DNA of 59,299 nucleotides from Mycobacteriales bacterium (GTDB lineage Bacteria; Actinomycetota; Actinomycetes; Mycobacteriales; SCTD01). The DNA is taken from assembly GCA_038236005.1 (NCBI GenBank), contig JBBSTI010000001.1:1-59299 (forward strand). Direction: 5' to 3'. Positions 1 through 9,673 of the stretch are shown here, in pieces (positions within the stretch are counted from its first letter, which is position 1; every line of letters starts with the position of its first letter). Position numbers and translations under genes: made by a program. The notes beneath the pieces are model-generated. The model was not told where the DNA came from. It was given only the letters and a program-made list of their open reading frames with translations, and ran no database searches.

Positions 1-165
1 GACACGGTCGTCGCGACCGGGCTCGCGGACCTGGCCAGGGGACGGTCGCGCAGCGTGCCGGGGCTGACGTACAGGCTGGTCGTCGGCGCCACCCGGATCG
101 TCCCCCCGACCGCACAGGCCCGGGTGGTCAGCGCGCGGCGCTCCCGGATGCCCGCCCGCCGCTGA
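1..165 (+). CDS. 3' end of an unidentified CDS entering from the left edge (partial)
   Basis: Frame 1 is open from base 1 to TGA at 163-165 (..GLTYRLVVGATRIVPPTAQARVVSARRSRMPARR*). There is no start in the window and the product is not identifiable. Confidence 0.3.
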   Translation, partial: DTVVATGLADLARGRSRSVPGLTYRLVVGATRIVPPTAQARVVSARRSRMPARR

Positions 166-238
166 CGCCCGCCCGCCCGCGCCCGCCCGCGCCCGCCCGC
201 CCGCGCCCGCGCCCGCCCCGCCCCGCCCCGCCCGCGCC
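151..238. repeat. GC-only low-complexity microsatellite (GCCCGCCC / GCCCC units)
   Basis: Run of cccgcccgc / gcccgc / ccccg units. The minus strand carries many GGG/GGGG tracts. Confidence 0.85.
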
Positions 239-295
239 GATCTTCCCCAAAGATGCGGCAGAACGCCCATCGGGCCCCCATCAGGGGAAGATCGG
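237..295. repeat. Palindromic intergenic element (12-bp arms CCGATCTTCCCC / GGGGAAGATCGG, 35-nt loop)
   Basis: Perfect inverted repeat 237-248 / 284-295. The loop contains gcggcagaacgcc, a motif shared with the hairpins at 16309-16468. Confidence 0.75.
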
Positions 296-322
296 CGACG
301 GTGGGTGGCTAGCGTGCGGAGC

Positions 323-853
323 ATGAGCGCCCGCGATGACCTGCTGACCCTGGTGAAGGCCCATGCGATCGTGCACGGGAAGGTGACGCTGTCGTCCGGT
401 CGCGAGGCCGACTACTACGTCGACCTGCGGCGGATCACGCTGTCCGGCGAGGCGGCCCCCCTGGTCGGTCGGGTGATGCGTGAGCTCACGGCCGACTGGG
501 ACTTCGACGCCGTCGGAGGGCTCACTCTGGGCGCCGACCCGATCGCGGCCGCCATGCTGCACGCGCCTGGCGACCGGCTCGATGCGTTCGTCGTACGCAA
601 GAGCGCGAAAGCCCACGGGCTGCAGCGCCGGGTCGAGGGACCCGACATCAACCGTCGCCGGGTGCTGGTCGTCGAGGACACCAGCACCACCGGTGCGAGC
701 CCGCTCGAGGCGCTGGAGGCCGTCCGTGCGGCCGGCGCCACCTGCGTCGGGGTCGCCACGATCGCCGACCGTGACACCGGTGCGCGCGAGAGGATCGAGG
801 CGGCCGGGGTGCCCTACCGGTTCGTCTACTCGCTGACCGACCTGGGCCTGTAG
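323..853 (+). CDS. pyrE: Orotate phosphoribosyltransferase
   Basis: ORF 305-853. PRPP-binding motif VLVVEDTSTTGAS and a PyrE-like N-terminus (LVKAHAIVHGKVTLSSGREADYYVD). ATG 323 follows a GGAG; GTG 305 is an alternative start. Confidence 0.9.
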   Translation: MSARDDLLTLVKAHAIVHGKVTLSSGREADYYVDLRRITLSGEAAPLVGRVMRELTADWDFDAVGGLTLGADPIAAAMLHAPGDRLDAFVVRKSAKAHGLQRRVEGPDINRRRVLVVEDTSTTGASPLEALEAVRAAGATCVGVATIADRDTGARERIEAAGVPYRFVYSLTDLGL

Positions 854-879
854 CCCAGGCCTCGGTCCACAGCGAGGTC

Positions 880-1518
880 TCAGTCGACGCGGGGCGTGCC
901 GGCCCGGGTGCGACGGGCCCGTAGCAGCTCCACGGCGATCGGGACGACGGACAGCACCACGATCCCGATGATGATCACCTCGACGTTGTTCGCGACGAAG
1001 CTGATCTGGCCGAGGAAGTAGCCGAGCAGCAGGACGCCAACCCCCCACAGAGTGCCGCCGAGCACGTTGTAGGTCGTGAAGACCTTGCGGTTCATGCTCG
1101 ACACCCCGGCGATCACCGGGGTGAAGGTGCGCACGATCGGGACGAAGCGGGCCAGCACGATGGTGCGGGCGCCGTACTTCTCGAAGTAGCCGTAGGCGTT
1201 GTCCACGTATTCGCGGCGGAACAGCCGGGAGTCCGGCTTGTTGAAGATCCGTGGCCCGGCCGCAGCCCCGATCGAGTAGCCGACCTGGTCACCGATGATC
1301 GCCGCGATCGGGACGGTCACCAGGAACACCCAGAGCGGCACCGAGATGTCGCTGGCCGCGATCAGCACCCCGGCGGTGAACAGCAGCGAGTCGCCGGGCA
1401 AGAAAAAGCCCACCAGCAGGCCGGACTCGGCGAAGACCACGAGCAGGACGACGACGAGCCCCGCCTTGGCGATGCTGTCGGCCGAGATGGCATCGGGCAG
1501 GAGGGCAAGGGTGTCCAC
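880..1518 (-). CDS. DedA/VTT-domain inner-membrane protein
   Basis: FAESGLLVGFFLPGDSLLF motif and multiple TM segments. The GTG at 1518 is preferred because the 1578 start would overlap the divergent gene. Confidence 0.85.
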   Translation of the reverse strand: MDTLALLPDAISADSIAKAGLVVVLLVVFAESGLLVGFFLPGDSLLFTAGVLIAASDISVPLWVFLVTVPIAAIIGDQVGYSIGAAAGPRIFNKPDSRLFRREYVDNAYGYFEKYGARTIVLARFVPIVRTFTPVIAGVSSMNRKVFTTYNVLGGTLWGVGVLLLGYFLGQISFVANNVEVIIIGIVVLSVVPIAVELLRARRTRAGTPRVD

Positions 1519-1558
1519 ACCCCAGACGCTACCGAGGCCAGCATGAGAGGTTGCTGAG

Positions 1559-2947
1559 ATGGAGCGACTGGTGGTCATCGGTGGGGACGCGGCGGGGATG
1601 AGCGCGGCGGCGCAGGCACGCCGCCGACGGGGCGAGGACGACCTGGAGATCGTCTGCTTCGAGAAGGGACGGGCGACGTCCTACAGCGCGTGCGGCATCC
1701 CCTACTGGATCTCCGGGATCGTCGACAGCGAGCAGGACCTGATCGCCCGCACCCCTGACGAGCACCGGGCCCGCGGCCTGGACGTGCGGATGTGCACGGA
1801 GGTGACCGATATCGACCTCGAGCGTCGCGAGGTGTCTTGGGCCAGCGCTGACGAGACCGGGGCGAGGGGCGAGAGCACCGGGACGTTGAGCTGGGACCAT
1901 CTCGTCTACGCGACCGGCTCAGTGCCGGTGCGCCCGTCGGTCCCAGGGATCGATGCGCCCGGGGTGTTCGGGGTGCAGACCCTGGACGACGGGGTGGCGC
2001 TGCGGGCTGCGCTGGACGGGGCCCGTCGGGTCGTGGTGGTCGGCGGCGGCTACATCGGGCTGGAGATCGCCGAGGCCTGCCAGGTCCGCGGGCTCGAGGT
2101 CGCCGTGATCGACCGCGCCGAGACGCCGATCGGCACGGTCGACCCGGACGTGGGCGCGTTCATGGCCGACGCCGTACGCAGGCTGGGGATCGAGCTGATC
2201 CTGTCCGACGGCGCGGCCGAGATCACCACCGGTGGGGACGGCCGGGCGGACGGGGTGGTGACGACGAGCGGCCGCCGGCTCGAGGCGGACGTCGTCGTCC
2301 TCGGGCTCGGCGTGCGGCCGAACGTGGTGCTGGCCGAGCGGGCGGGCATCCCGCTCGGCCCCTCGGGCGGGATCGCGGTCGACAACCGGATGCGCACGAA
2401 GGTGCCGGGGGTGTGGGCGGCGGGCGACTGTGTCGAGAGCGTCCACCGGCTGTCCCGGCAGCGCGTCGTGGTGGCGCTCGGCACGCACGCCAACAAGCAG
2501 GGCCGGGTGGTCGGGATCAATCTCGGCGGCGGCTACGCGACGTTCGCGGGGGTGATCGGGACCGCGGCGACGAAGGTCTGCACGCTGGAGGTGGCGCGCA
2601 CCGGGCTGTCGTCGCAGGAGGCCGAGGCGGCCGGGTTCGGGTTCGTCACCGCGGTGGTGGATTCCACGACGACGGCGGGTTATATGCCGGGCGCCGAGCC
2701 GATCCGGCTGAAGATGCTCGCGGAACGCCGGTCCGGCCGGTTGCTCGGCGCCCAGATCGTCGGGCAGCACGGGTCGGCGAAGCGGATCGACGCGCTCGCG
2801 ATCGCGATCTGGAACGAGATGACCGCGAGTGAGGTGCTCGGGCTGGACCTGTCGTACGCCCCGCCGTTCTCCCCGGTCTGGGACCCGGTGCTGATCGCGG
2901 CGCGCAAGGCCCAGGAGGCCGTCGAGGCTGACCTCGACGTCTCCTAG
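1559..2947 (+). CDS. FAD-dependent pyridine nucleotide-disulfide oxidoreductase (CoA-disulfide reductase / NADH oxidase class)
   Basis: N-terminal VVIGGDAAGMSAA dinucleotide fold, single redox Cys motif SYSACGIPYW, second Rossmann motif VVVVGGGYIGLE. Confidence 0.85.
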   Translation: MERLVVIGGDAAGMSAAAQARRRRGEDDLEIVCFEKGRATSYSACGIPYWISGIVDSEQDLIARTPDEHRARGLDVRMCTEVTDIDLERREVSWASADETGARGESTGTLSWDHLVYATGSVPVRPSVPGIDAPGVFGVQTLDDGVALRAALDGARRVVVVGGGYIGLEIAEACQVRGLEVAVIDRAETPIGTVDPDVGAFMADAVRRLGIELILSDGAAEITTGGDGRADGVVTTSGRRLEADVVVLGLGVRPNVVLAERAGIPLGPSGGIAVDNRMRTKVPGVWAAGDCVESVHRLSRQRVVVALGTHANKQGRVVGINLGGGYATFAGVIGTAATKVCTLEVARTGLSSQEAEAAGFGFVTAVVDSTTTAGYMPGAEPIRLKMLAERRSGRLLGAQIVGQHGSAKRIDALAIAIWNEMTASEVLGLDLSYAPPFSPVWDPVLIAARKAQEAVEADLDVS

Positions 2948-2958
2948 CCGGAACGGGC

Positions 2959-4335
2959 TCAGACGTTGGCGGCCTTGCGCAGGTCGGCCAGCCCGGTGAG
3001 GATCCCGGTCGACAGGATGTCCAGGTCGGGGTTGCTGTCCAGGTCGCCGGTGACCCCGAAGTTGAGCGTGTCGAGGTAGGAGAAGATGGCCACCCCGATC
3101 CGGATGTGGCCGGCCAGCGGGACGTACGGGAAAGCCTCCAGCATCCGGCGGCCCCCTGCGTAGAGCTGGATCCGTGGACCGGGCACGTTCGTCGTGACCG
3201 TGTTGAGGTTGCGCTGCGGGAAGCGCGCAGCGAGCCGGGTGCCGGCCGACAGCAGGGCCGGCGGGGCGAACCCGGCCAGCGAGGTCAGCGTCTCGCCCGC
3301 GACGGCCTGGTTCGACTCCTTGAGGTGCTTGAGCTGCGCGGTGATGGCGTGCAGGCGCTCCACCGGGTCGTCCAGGCTGACCGGCAGCTCGGCGAACATC
3401 CCGGAGACCCGGTTGTCGGGCGTGCCGCGGTCGGACTCCTTGCGCACCGAGACCGGCACGAGGCTGCGGACCGTGCGCTCGACGTCCTCGCCGCGGCTGA
3501 TCAGCAGCTCACGGAAGCCGTTCGTGATCGCGGCGAGCACCACGTCGTTGAGCGTGCCGCCGAGCACGGACCGGATCGCCTTGACGTCGCTGACCTGCCC
3601 GCGGGCCCAGGTGTAGCGGCGGTGCGGACCGATCGGTCCGTTCAGCGAGGACGGTTCCTTGGGCCGGGCGAGCGACGCCAGCGCCGTCATCCCGCGGGTG
3701 TTGCTGGCGATGTCCTTGACGAGCCGACGCGGTCGGGTGATCAGCGACCGGGCGCTGCGGACCGCCTCGTAGGGGTTGGTGATCCGCTCGGCGATCGCGG
3801 CGCCGAGGAACTCCGGTCCCGACAGCTCGGGCGCCGGGCGCCACGGCGGCGGGTTGTCGCGGGCAGGCTCGGGCTCGCTGTCCAGGATGACGGCCAGCAG
3901 GTCGGTGCCCGACACCCCGTCGACCATCGCGTGGTGGCTCTTGCAGATCAGGGCCCAGTGACCCTCCTCGAGCCCCTCGACGACCCAGATCTCCCAGAGC
4001 GGCTTCGTGCGGTCGAGCGTCTGGCTCATGATTCGGCCGACCAGGTTGCGCAGCTGGACGTCGCGTCCCGGCACCGGCAGCGCGGTGTGGCGTACGTGGT
4101 AGTCGAGATTGAAGTGCGTGTCGTCCACCCACACCGGACGGCCCAGCTCGAAGGGGACGAAGCGCACCCGCTGGCGGTAGCGCGGCACGAGCGGCAGCTT
4201 GCTGGCGACCATCCGCAGGATCTCGGCGTGCTCTGGCGGGGGACCCTCGAAGATCGCCGTGGAGGCGATGTGCATCGGCGAGCTGCCGTCCTCGATGTGG
4301 AGGAACGAGGCGTCGAGCGGGCTGAGACGGTCCAT
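2959..4335 (-). CDS. Wax ester synthase/diacylglycerol acyltransferase (WS/DGAT)
   Basis: Catalytic HHAMVDGVSG (HHxxxDG) and the typical start MDRLSPLDASFL. The ORF extends to 4374, but ATG 4335 matches the family N-terminus. Confidence 0.9.
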   Translation of the reverse strand: MDRLSPLDASFLHIEDGSSPMHIASTAIFEGPPPEHAEILRMVASKLPLVPRYRQRVRFVPFELGRPVWVDDTHFNLDYHVRHTALPVPGRDVQLRNLVGRIMSQTLDRTKPLWEIWVVEGLEEGHWALICKSHHAMVDGVSGTDLLAVILDSEPEPARDNPPPWRPAPELSGPEFLGAAIAERITNPYEAVRSARSLITRPRRLVKDIASNTRGMTALASLARPKEPSSLNGPIGPHRRYTWARGQVSDVKAIRSVLGGTLNDVVLAAITNGFRELLISRGEDVERTVRSLVPVSVRKESDRGTPDNRVSGMFAELPVSLDDPVERLHAITAQLKHLKESNQAVAGETLTSLAGFAPPALLSAGTRLAARFPQRNLNTVTTNVPGPRIQLYAGGRRMLEAFPYVPLAGHIRIGVAIFSYLDTLNFGVTGDLDSNPDLDILSTGILTGLADLRKAANV

Positions 4336-4430
4336 CAAGGGCTCCAGGGGTGCCGAGGCTGTGTCGGGGATCACTGATCAGGGATCACTGTGCCTCATGG
4401 ACCGGCGCCGTCAACCCCCCGAGGTCGGGC

Positions 4431-4862
4431 TCAGGCCGCGCGCAGCTGCTTCTTGACCCGGGCAAGCATCGCCGACAGGCCACGCAGCCGCAGCGGGCTG
4501 ACGGCGTCCGCGAGCCCGAGCGCGCTGTAGAAGTCTTCCGGCACCGCGAGAACCGTCTCGCGGGACTCGCCATCGAGCCCGTTGGCCAGGATCGACGCGA
4601 AGCCCCGTGTGGTCGGGGCCTCGGGCGGGGCCTGGAAGAAGAGCCTGACCGAGGAGAGGTTCGAGACGTCGACGGTCAGGAACAACGGGGTCTGACACTC
4701 GGCCACCTGCTCCATGTCCGCCTGCTCCATCCCCTCCGGCAGGTCGGGCAGCTCGTCGGACAGCTCGAGGAGCAGGGCCAGCTTGTCCTTGCCCTCGACC
4801 GAGGCGAAGTCCTCCACGATCTCGGCCAGCCTCGGCGGCAGCCTCGGGCCCGGCTCGGTCAC
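4431..4862 (-). CDS. SufE-like sulfur acceptor protein
   Basis: SufE-type core ..[10 protein letters not shown].. within the ORF 4431-5120 frame. The GTG at 4862 overlaps the upstream rhodanese stop (GTGA). Confidence 0.8.
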   Translation of the reverse strand: MTEPGPRLPPRLAEIVEDFASVEGKDKLALLLELSDELPDLPEGMEQADMEQVAECQTPLFLTVDVSNLSSVRLFFQAPPEAPTTRGFASILANGLDGESRETVLAVPEDFYSALGLADAVSPLRLRGLSAMLARVKKQLRAA

Positions 4863-5752
4863 AGCGTCCCGGGCTCGGTACCCGTCGCGATCGGCACCCG
4901 CACCGCGTTGCCCCACTCGGTCCACGAACCGTCGTAGTTCTTGACGCTGCGATGGCCGAGCAGGTGCGTGAGCACGAACCAGGTGTGGCTGGACCGTTCG
5001 CCGATCCGGCAGTAGGCGATCACGTCCTCCTCGGGCACCAGGCCGGCCTCGCCGTGGTAGATCGCTGCCAGCTCGTCGCGACCCTTGAACCGCCCGTCCT
5101 CGGCGGCGGCGCGGGCCCACGGGACAGAAGCGGCCGTCGGGATGTGCCCGCCCCGGAGCGCCCCCTCCTCGGGGTAGTCGGGCATGTGTGTGCGCTCCCC
5201 GGTGTATTCGGCGGGGCTCCGGACGTCGATGAGCGGCACCTTGCCGATCCGGTCCTGAACCTCGTCCTTGTAGGCCCGGATCGCGCTGTCGTCGCGCTCG
5301 ACGACCGGGTAGTCGCTCGGCGTCACCGGGGTGACGTCACGGGTCAGCTCACGTCCCTCAGCCTGCCAGGCCGTCCGGCCACCGTCGAGCAGCCGCACGT
5401 CCTCGTGACCGAACAGCGTGAACACCCACAGTGCGTACGCCGCCCACCAGTTGCTCTTGTCGCCGTAGACCACGATCGTGGTGTCCCGGCTGATGCCCTT
5501 GCTGCTCATCAGCGCTGCAAAGCCCGCACCGTCGACATAGTCGCGGGTCACCGCGTCGTTGAGCTCGGTGTGCCAGTCCACCTTTACCGAACCGGGTACG
5601 TGCCCGCTGTCATACAGCAGCACGTCCTCGTCGCTCTCGACGACGACCAGGCCGTCGTCGCCGAGGTGCTCAGCCAGCCAGGCGGTGCTCACCAGGCGAT
5701 CGGGGTGGGCGTACGCAGAAAAGTCCTGGTTCGGGTCAGCGTCGACCGGCAT
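4859..5752 (-). CDS. sseA: Thiosulfate/3-mercaptopyruvate sulfurtransferase (tandem rhodanese)
   Basis: Two rhodanese domains with active-site loop [10 protein letters not shown]. The ATG at 5752 ([11 protein letters not shown]) is chosen within ORF 4859-6064. Confidence 0.9.
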   Translation of the reverse strand: MPVDADPNQDFSAYAHPDRLVSTAWLAEHLGDDGLVVVESDEDVLLYDSGHVPGSVKVDWHTELNDAVTRDYVDGAGFAALMSSKGISRDTTIVVYGDKSNWWAAYALWVFTLFGHEDVRLLDGGRTAWQAEGRELTRDVTPVTPSDYPVVERDDSAIRAYKDEVQDRIGKVPLIDVRSPAEYTGERTHMPDYPEEGALRGGHIPTAASVPWARAAAEDGRFKGRDELAAIYHGEAGLVPEEDVIAYCRIGERSSHTWFVLTHLLGHRSVKNYDGSWTEWGNAVRVPIATGTEPGTL

Positions 5753-5833
5753 GCGGTGTCCTCCAGTAGATCTCTCGCGGATGTCTTCACCGTGCCATGC
5801 CCCACCGACAGTCCCGCACGCCCGACTTCCCGC

Positions 5834-5893
5834 GTGATCATGGCCGTCTGCACCATCGATGTCCGTCTTGGGGGTGCAGACGGCCATGATCAC
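5834..5893. repeat. 21-bp perfect inverted repeat (GTGATCATGGCCGTCTGCACC ... GGTGCAGACGGCCATGATCAC), 18-nt loop
   Basis: Arms at 5834-5854 and 5873-5893. The element lies between the divergent rhodanese and K+ channel genes. The right arm contains the channel ATG at 5886. Confidence 0.9.
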
Positions 5894-6638
5894 CGAGGAG
5901 CGCGCGGGGCGCTGGCAGGATCTGACCGTGAGAGACACCCGGCGACTGCGGTGGGAACGGGCGGCCGAGCTGCCCCTGACCGGGGCGGCGCTGGGGTTCC
6001 TCGTGGCGTACGCCATCCCGATCCTCCGGCCGGGCACGCCCGGGCCGTGGGCGCTGATCGTCACGCTGACCTGGGTGACGTTCGGGATCGACTACGCCGC
6101 AAGGCTCGGGCTGAGCCACGATCGCTGGACCTTCGTACGTACGCACCCGCTCGACCTGCTGGTCGTCGCGCTCCCCCTGCTCCGGCCGCTCCGGCTGCTG
6201 CGGCTGATCACCTTGCTCAGCGTGCTGAACCGCTATGCGGGCGGAGGGGCCCTGCGAGGCCGGGTGGTGCTCTACCTGGTCGGCTCGACCGTGCTGCTGC
6301 TGATCGTGGCCGGGCTCGCGGTGCTGGACGCCGAGCGTGGAGCGGTCGGCGGCAACATCGAGACGGCCGGCGACGCGTTCTGGTGGGCCATCACGACCAT
6401 GACGACCGTCGGGTATGGCGACCGATTCCCCGTCACCGGGATCGGCCGGCTGGTCGGGGCCGGGCTGATGGTCGCCGGGATCGCTGTTCTCGGGACCGTC
6501 ACGGCGACCCTGGCTTCCTACATCATCGACCGGGTCGGGGAGGACGACGCCGACGCGCAGACGGCCACCCGTGCTGACCTGCGGGCGCTGACCGAACAGG
6601 TCCAAGCCCTGCGCGCCGAGCTGACCGGCCGCGGCTGA
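5886..6638 (+). CDS. Voltage-sensor-type potassium channel (ion transport protein family)
   Basis: Selectivity filter [10 protein letters not shown] and an S4-like [14 protein letters not shown] segment. The ORF starts at 5859; ATG 5886 (MITEERAG) is in frame and more plausible. Confidence 0.85.
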   Translation: MITEERAGRWQDLTVRDTRRLRWERAAELPLTGAALGFLVAYAIPILRPGTPGPWALIVTLTWVTFGIDYAARLGLSHDRWTFVRTHPLDLLVVALPLLRPLRLLRLITLLSVLNRYAGGGALRGRVVLYLVGSTVLLLIVAGLAVLDAERGAVGGNIETAGDAFWWAITTMTTVGYGDRFPVTGIGRLVGAGLMVAGIAVLGTVTATLASYIIDRVGEDDADAQTATRADLRALTEQVQALRAELTGRG

Positions 6639-6676
6639 CCGGCTCGGGCTGACCGGCGGACCGCCGGGCCCACGGT

Positions 6677-6803
6677 TCATCAGGGGTTCCCCCGATGAGC
6701 CGCCCGGCGTCAGGGGACGTTCTGATGGGGCTTGATCTCATCAGGGGATCCCCCGATGACGGCACGTGGCGGGCGGCCTCCGGTGACGGCACGTGGCGGG
6801 CGG
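6677..6803. repeat. Two copies of palindrome TCATCAGGGG(A/T)TCCCCCGATGA 61 bp apart, then a 20-bp perfect direct repeat
   Basis: Palindromes at 6677-6698 and 6738-6759. Direct repeat tgacggcacgtggcgggcgg at 6757-6776 and 6784-6803. The region sits between convergent genes. Confidence 0.85.
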
Positions 6804-6811
6804 GTGGTGGA

Positions 6812-7585
6812 TCAGATCGTCTGGACCGACCCCGAGTCGACGCGGTAGTTGCTGCCGTTGACGAAGCTGGCTCGTGCCGAGCACAGGAACGCGATCACCG
6901 AGGCGACCTCGTCAGCCTCGCCGCGCCGTTTCAGGGCCATGCCCGGCCGCTCCTCGTCCAGGAAGGTGGTGATGGCCTCCTCGACCGACGTGCCGTTCTG
7001 CTCGGCGCGCTTGCTCATCATCGCGTCGGTCATCGGCGAGGCGACAAAGGCCGGCGAGACCGCGTTCACGAGCACACCCTCGGCCGCGTACGTCTTGGAC
7101 AGGCCCTTCATCAGCGCCAGCACGCCGGCCTTGGCGGCGCAGTAGGGGATCTCGTCGGCGTACGGCTGCACGGCGTCCTCGCTGGCGAGCAGCACGATCC
7201 GTCCCCATCCTGCAGACCGCATCGGGTCCACGAAGGCGCGCACCACCCGGACCGGCACCATCAGGTCGGTCTCGAGCGTCTGCTGCCAGCCGGCGTCGTC
7301 GATCTCGTGGAACAGCCCCTGCGCCCCGGTGATCCCGGCGCAGTGCACCAGGATGTCCACGGCCCCGACCTGTTCGCGTAGCCGGGTCACGTCGGCGGGG
7401 TCGGTGAGGTTCGCGGCAACGCGTACGACGGCCGTCGGCAGATCCACCTTCTCGAGCGCGTCGGCGTCGAGGTCGGTGATGGCCACCCGTACGCCTTCGT
7501 CGTGCAGCAGGCGAGCGGTGGCGAGACCGATGCCGGAGTCGGCGCCGGTGACGAGGGCGGTTCGGCCGGAGATGCCGAGGTCCAT
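6812..7585 (-). CDS. SDR-family oxidoreductase
   Basis: TGADSGIG cofactor motif and catalytic YCAAK (YxxxK). Confidence 0.9.
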   Translation of the reverse strand: MDLGISGRTALVTGADSGIGLATARLLHDEGVRVAITDLDADALEKVDLPTAVVRVAANLTDPADVTRLREQVGAVDILVHCAGITGAQGLFHEIDDAGWQQTLETDLMVPVRVVRAFVDPMRSAGWGRIVLLASEDAVQPYADEIPYCAAKAGVLALMKGLSKTYAAEGVLVNAVSPAFVASPMTDAMMSKRAEQNGTSVEEAITTFLDEERPGMALKRRGEADEVASVIAFLCSARASFVNGSNYRVDSGSVQTI

Positions 7586-7645
7586 GAGGGGTCCGATCGC
7601 AGGAGGGGGCTGGGCGGCTGTTCCCCGCCCTGCCCCGATCGCACC

Positions 7646-8506
7646 TCAGCCGTCGACGGGCCGGTCGGCGGGTGCGGGGCGTGCCCGGCCGAGGACCATC
7701 CCGGCCACCACGAAGGCGCCGGCGAGCAGCAGACGGCTCGAGATCGTCTCGTCGAGCAGCAGGACGGCGCCGCCCGCGGTCAGGATCGGGATCAGCAGCT
7801 GCACCGAGCCTGCGGCGGTGCCCGAGAGCGTTCGCTGGCAGGCGTACCAGGCGATGTAGCCGAACGCTGTCGTCCCGGCGCCGAGCGCCACCGCCCACAG
7901 CACGCCCGACCAGGTCAGGGGCAGCCCGGTGGCGACACCGATCGCACCCGGTCCGGCGAGGACCGCGGCCAGCAGCACGAAGTGCCCGGTCGTCGCCCGT
8001 CGCGGATCGCCCTGGCGGCCCGCGGCTGTGTAGAGGCCCCAGGCCGCGCCGGACCCGGCGAGGAGCAGGACGCCCTGCAGCGAGACGTCGGCGCTGTCGG
8101 CCGAGGCGAGGACCCCGATCCCGACCAGCGAGACCCCTGCACCGAGGGCACGTCGGCGGGGCACGGCGACGGCGCGGACGACGTCGTTCCCGACCAGGGT
8201 GAGCAGCACGGTGGCGTAGAAGACGAACGTCCCGGGGGCTGCGCCCAGCGCGCGGAACCCGTACGCGTTGCCGACCCCGTAGACGCCGAGCCACAGCGCA
8301 GGCATCAGGTTGGCCCGTCCCACCGCCGGTCGTTCGTGCCTGGCCAGGGTGAGGGTCACCAGCGCGACCGCACCGGCCACGAAACGGATCACGGTGAGCA
8401 GGCCCGCGTCCAGGAGACCGTCGCCGACGACATGGCGCGTGATCAACGAGTTCGCCGTGAAGCAGATCAGCACGAACGGCAGGAGCGCCGACAGTCTTCC
8501 GCTCAC
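7646..8506 (-). CDS. EamA/DMT-family transporter
   Basis: About 10 TM segments in the C-terminal 286 aa of ORF 7646-9076. GTG 8506 was chosen; the upstream part of the ORF looks non-coding. Confidence 0.75.
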   Translation of the reverse strand: MSGRLSALLPFVLICFTANSLITRHVVGDGLLDAGLLTVIRFVAGAVALVTLTLARHERPAVGRANLMPALWLGVYGVGNAYGFRALGAAPGTFVFYATVLLTLVGNDVVRAVAVPRRRALGAGVSLVGIGVLASADSADVSLQGVLLLAGSGAAWGLYTAAGRQGDPRRATTGHFVLLAAVLAGPGAIGVATGLPLTWSGVLWAVALGAGTTAFGYIAWYACQRTLSGTAAGSVQLLIPILTAGGAVLLLDETISSRLLLAGAFVVAGMVLGRARPAPADRPVDG

Positions 8507-8551
8507 GGTGAGGACGCTACGGTCACGATCCCCCAACACAGGAGCTGAACC

Positions 8552-9670
8552 GTGCCCGACACCACCGTGCAGATGCAGTCGCTGGTCACCGAGGACGGAC
8601 GTCTCGAGGTGTCGCTCGTCGAGGTCCCGCTCCCCGAGCCCGGCCCGAAAGAGGTCGTCGTCGAGGTCCAGGCCGCGCCGCTGAACCCGTCCGACCTCAT
8701 CCTGCTGCTCGGTGGCGCGGACCCGTCGACGTTCGAGACCGGTGGCACCGCCGACCGCCCGGTGCTCACGGCCCAGCTGCCGGCCGACCGTCTCAAGGCA
8801 GCGGGCGGCCGGCTCGGCCAGTCGCTGCCGGTGGGCAACGAGGGCGCCGGCGTCGTCGTGGCCGCCGGGGCCGAGGCCCAGGACCTGATCGGCAAGACGG
8901 TCGCGCTCGCGGGCGGTTCGATGTATGCGACCCACCGGGTCGTCCACTCCGCCGCCTGCCTCGTGCTCCCGGACGGTGCGACCGCTCGCGACGGGGCGGC
9001 CAGCTTCGTCAACCCGATGACCGCGCTCGGGATGGTTGCCACGATGCGCAACGAGGGGCATACCGGCCTGGTCCACACCGCTGCGGCCAGCAACCTGGGG
9101 CAGATGCTCAACCGGCTGTGCCAGTCCGAGAACGTGCCGCTGGTCAACATCGTGCGGTCCGCCGCGCAGGTCAAGATCCTCAAAGACGACGGGGCGGCGT
9201 ACGTCGTCGACTCGAGCGTCGACTCTTTCCGGTCCGACCTGGTCGAGGCCCTTGCGGCCACCGGCGCGACCATGGCCTTCGACGCGATCGGTGGCGGCGA
9301 CATGGTCGACACGATCCTGACCGCGATGGAGAAGGTCGCGACCCAGGGTCAGGAGTGGAGCCGGTACGGCTCGACCGCGAAGAAGCAGGTGTACGTCTAC
9401 GGCGTGCTCGCCCAGGGCCCGACCCTGCTCAACCGGACCTACGGCTTCACGTGGGGCGTCGGCGGCTGGCTGCTCACCCCGTTCCTGGCCGCAGCCGGTC
9501 GCGAGGCTCTGGGTGCCATGCGTCAGCAGGTCGCCGACAACCTGACCACGATCTTCGCCAGCGCCTACACCGACACGGTCTCGCTGACCGGGTCGCTCCA
9601 GGCTGAGGCGGTCAAGGCGTACGGCGCGATGGCGACCGGGCGCAAGTATCTGATCGAGCCGGCTTCCTGA
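8552..9670 (+). CDS. MDR-superfamily (quinone oxidoreductase/enoyl reductase-like) dehydrogenase
   Basis: N-terminal GroES-like region (EVVVEVQAAPLNPSDL) and a Rossmann-like central region. Confidence 0.8.
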   Translation: MPDTTVQMQSLVTEDGRLEVSLVEVPLPEPGPKEVVVEVQAAPLNPSDLILLLGGADPSTFETGGTADRPVLTAQLPADRLKAAGGRLGQSLPVGNEGAGVVVAAGAEAQDLIGKTVALAGGSMYATHRVVHSAACLVLPDGATARDGAASFVNPMTALGMVATMRNEGHTGLVHTAAASNLGQMLNRLCQSENVPLVNIVRSAAQVKILKDDGAAYVVDSSVDSFRSDLVEALAATGATMAFDAIGGGDMVDTILTAMEKVATQGQEWSRYGSTAKKQVYVYGVLAQGPTLLNRTYGFTWGVGGWLLTPFLAAAGREALGAMRQQVADNLTTIFASAYTDTVSLTGSLQAEAVKAYGAMATGRKYLIEPAS

Positions 9671-9673
9671 CCG

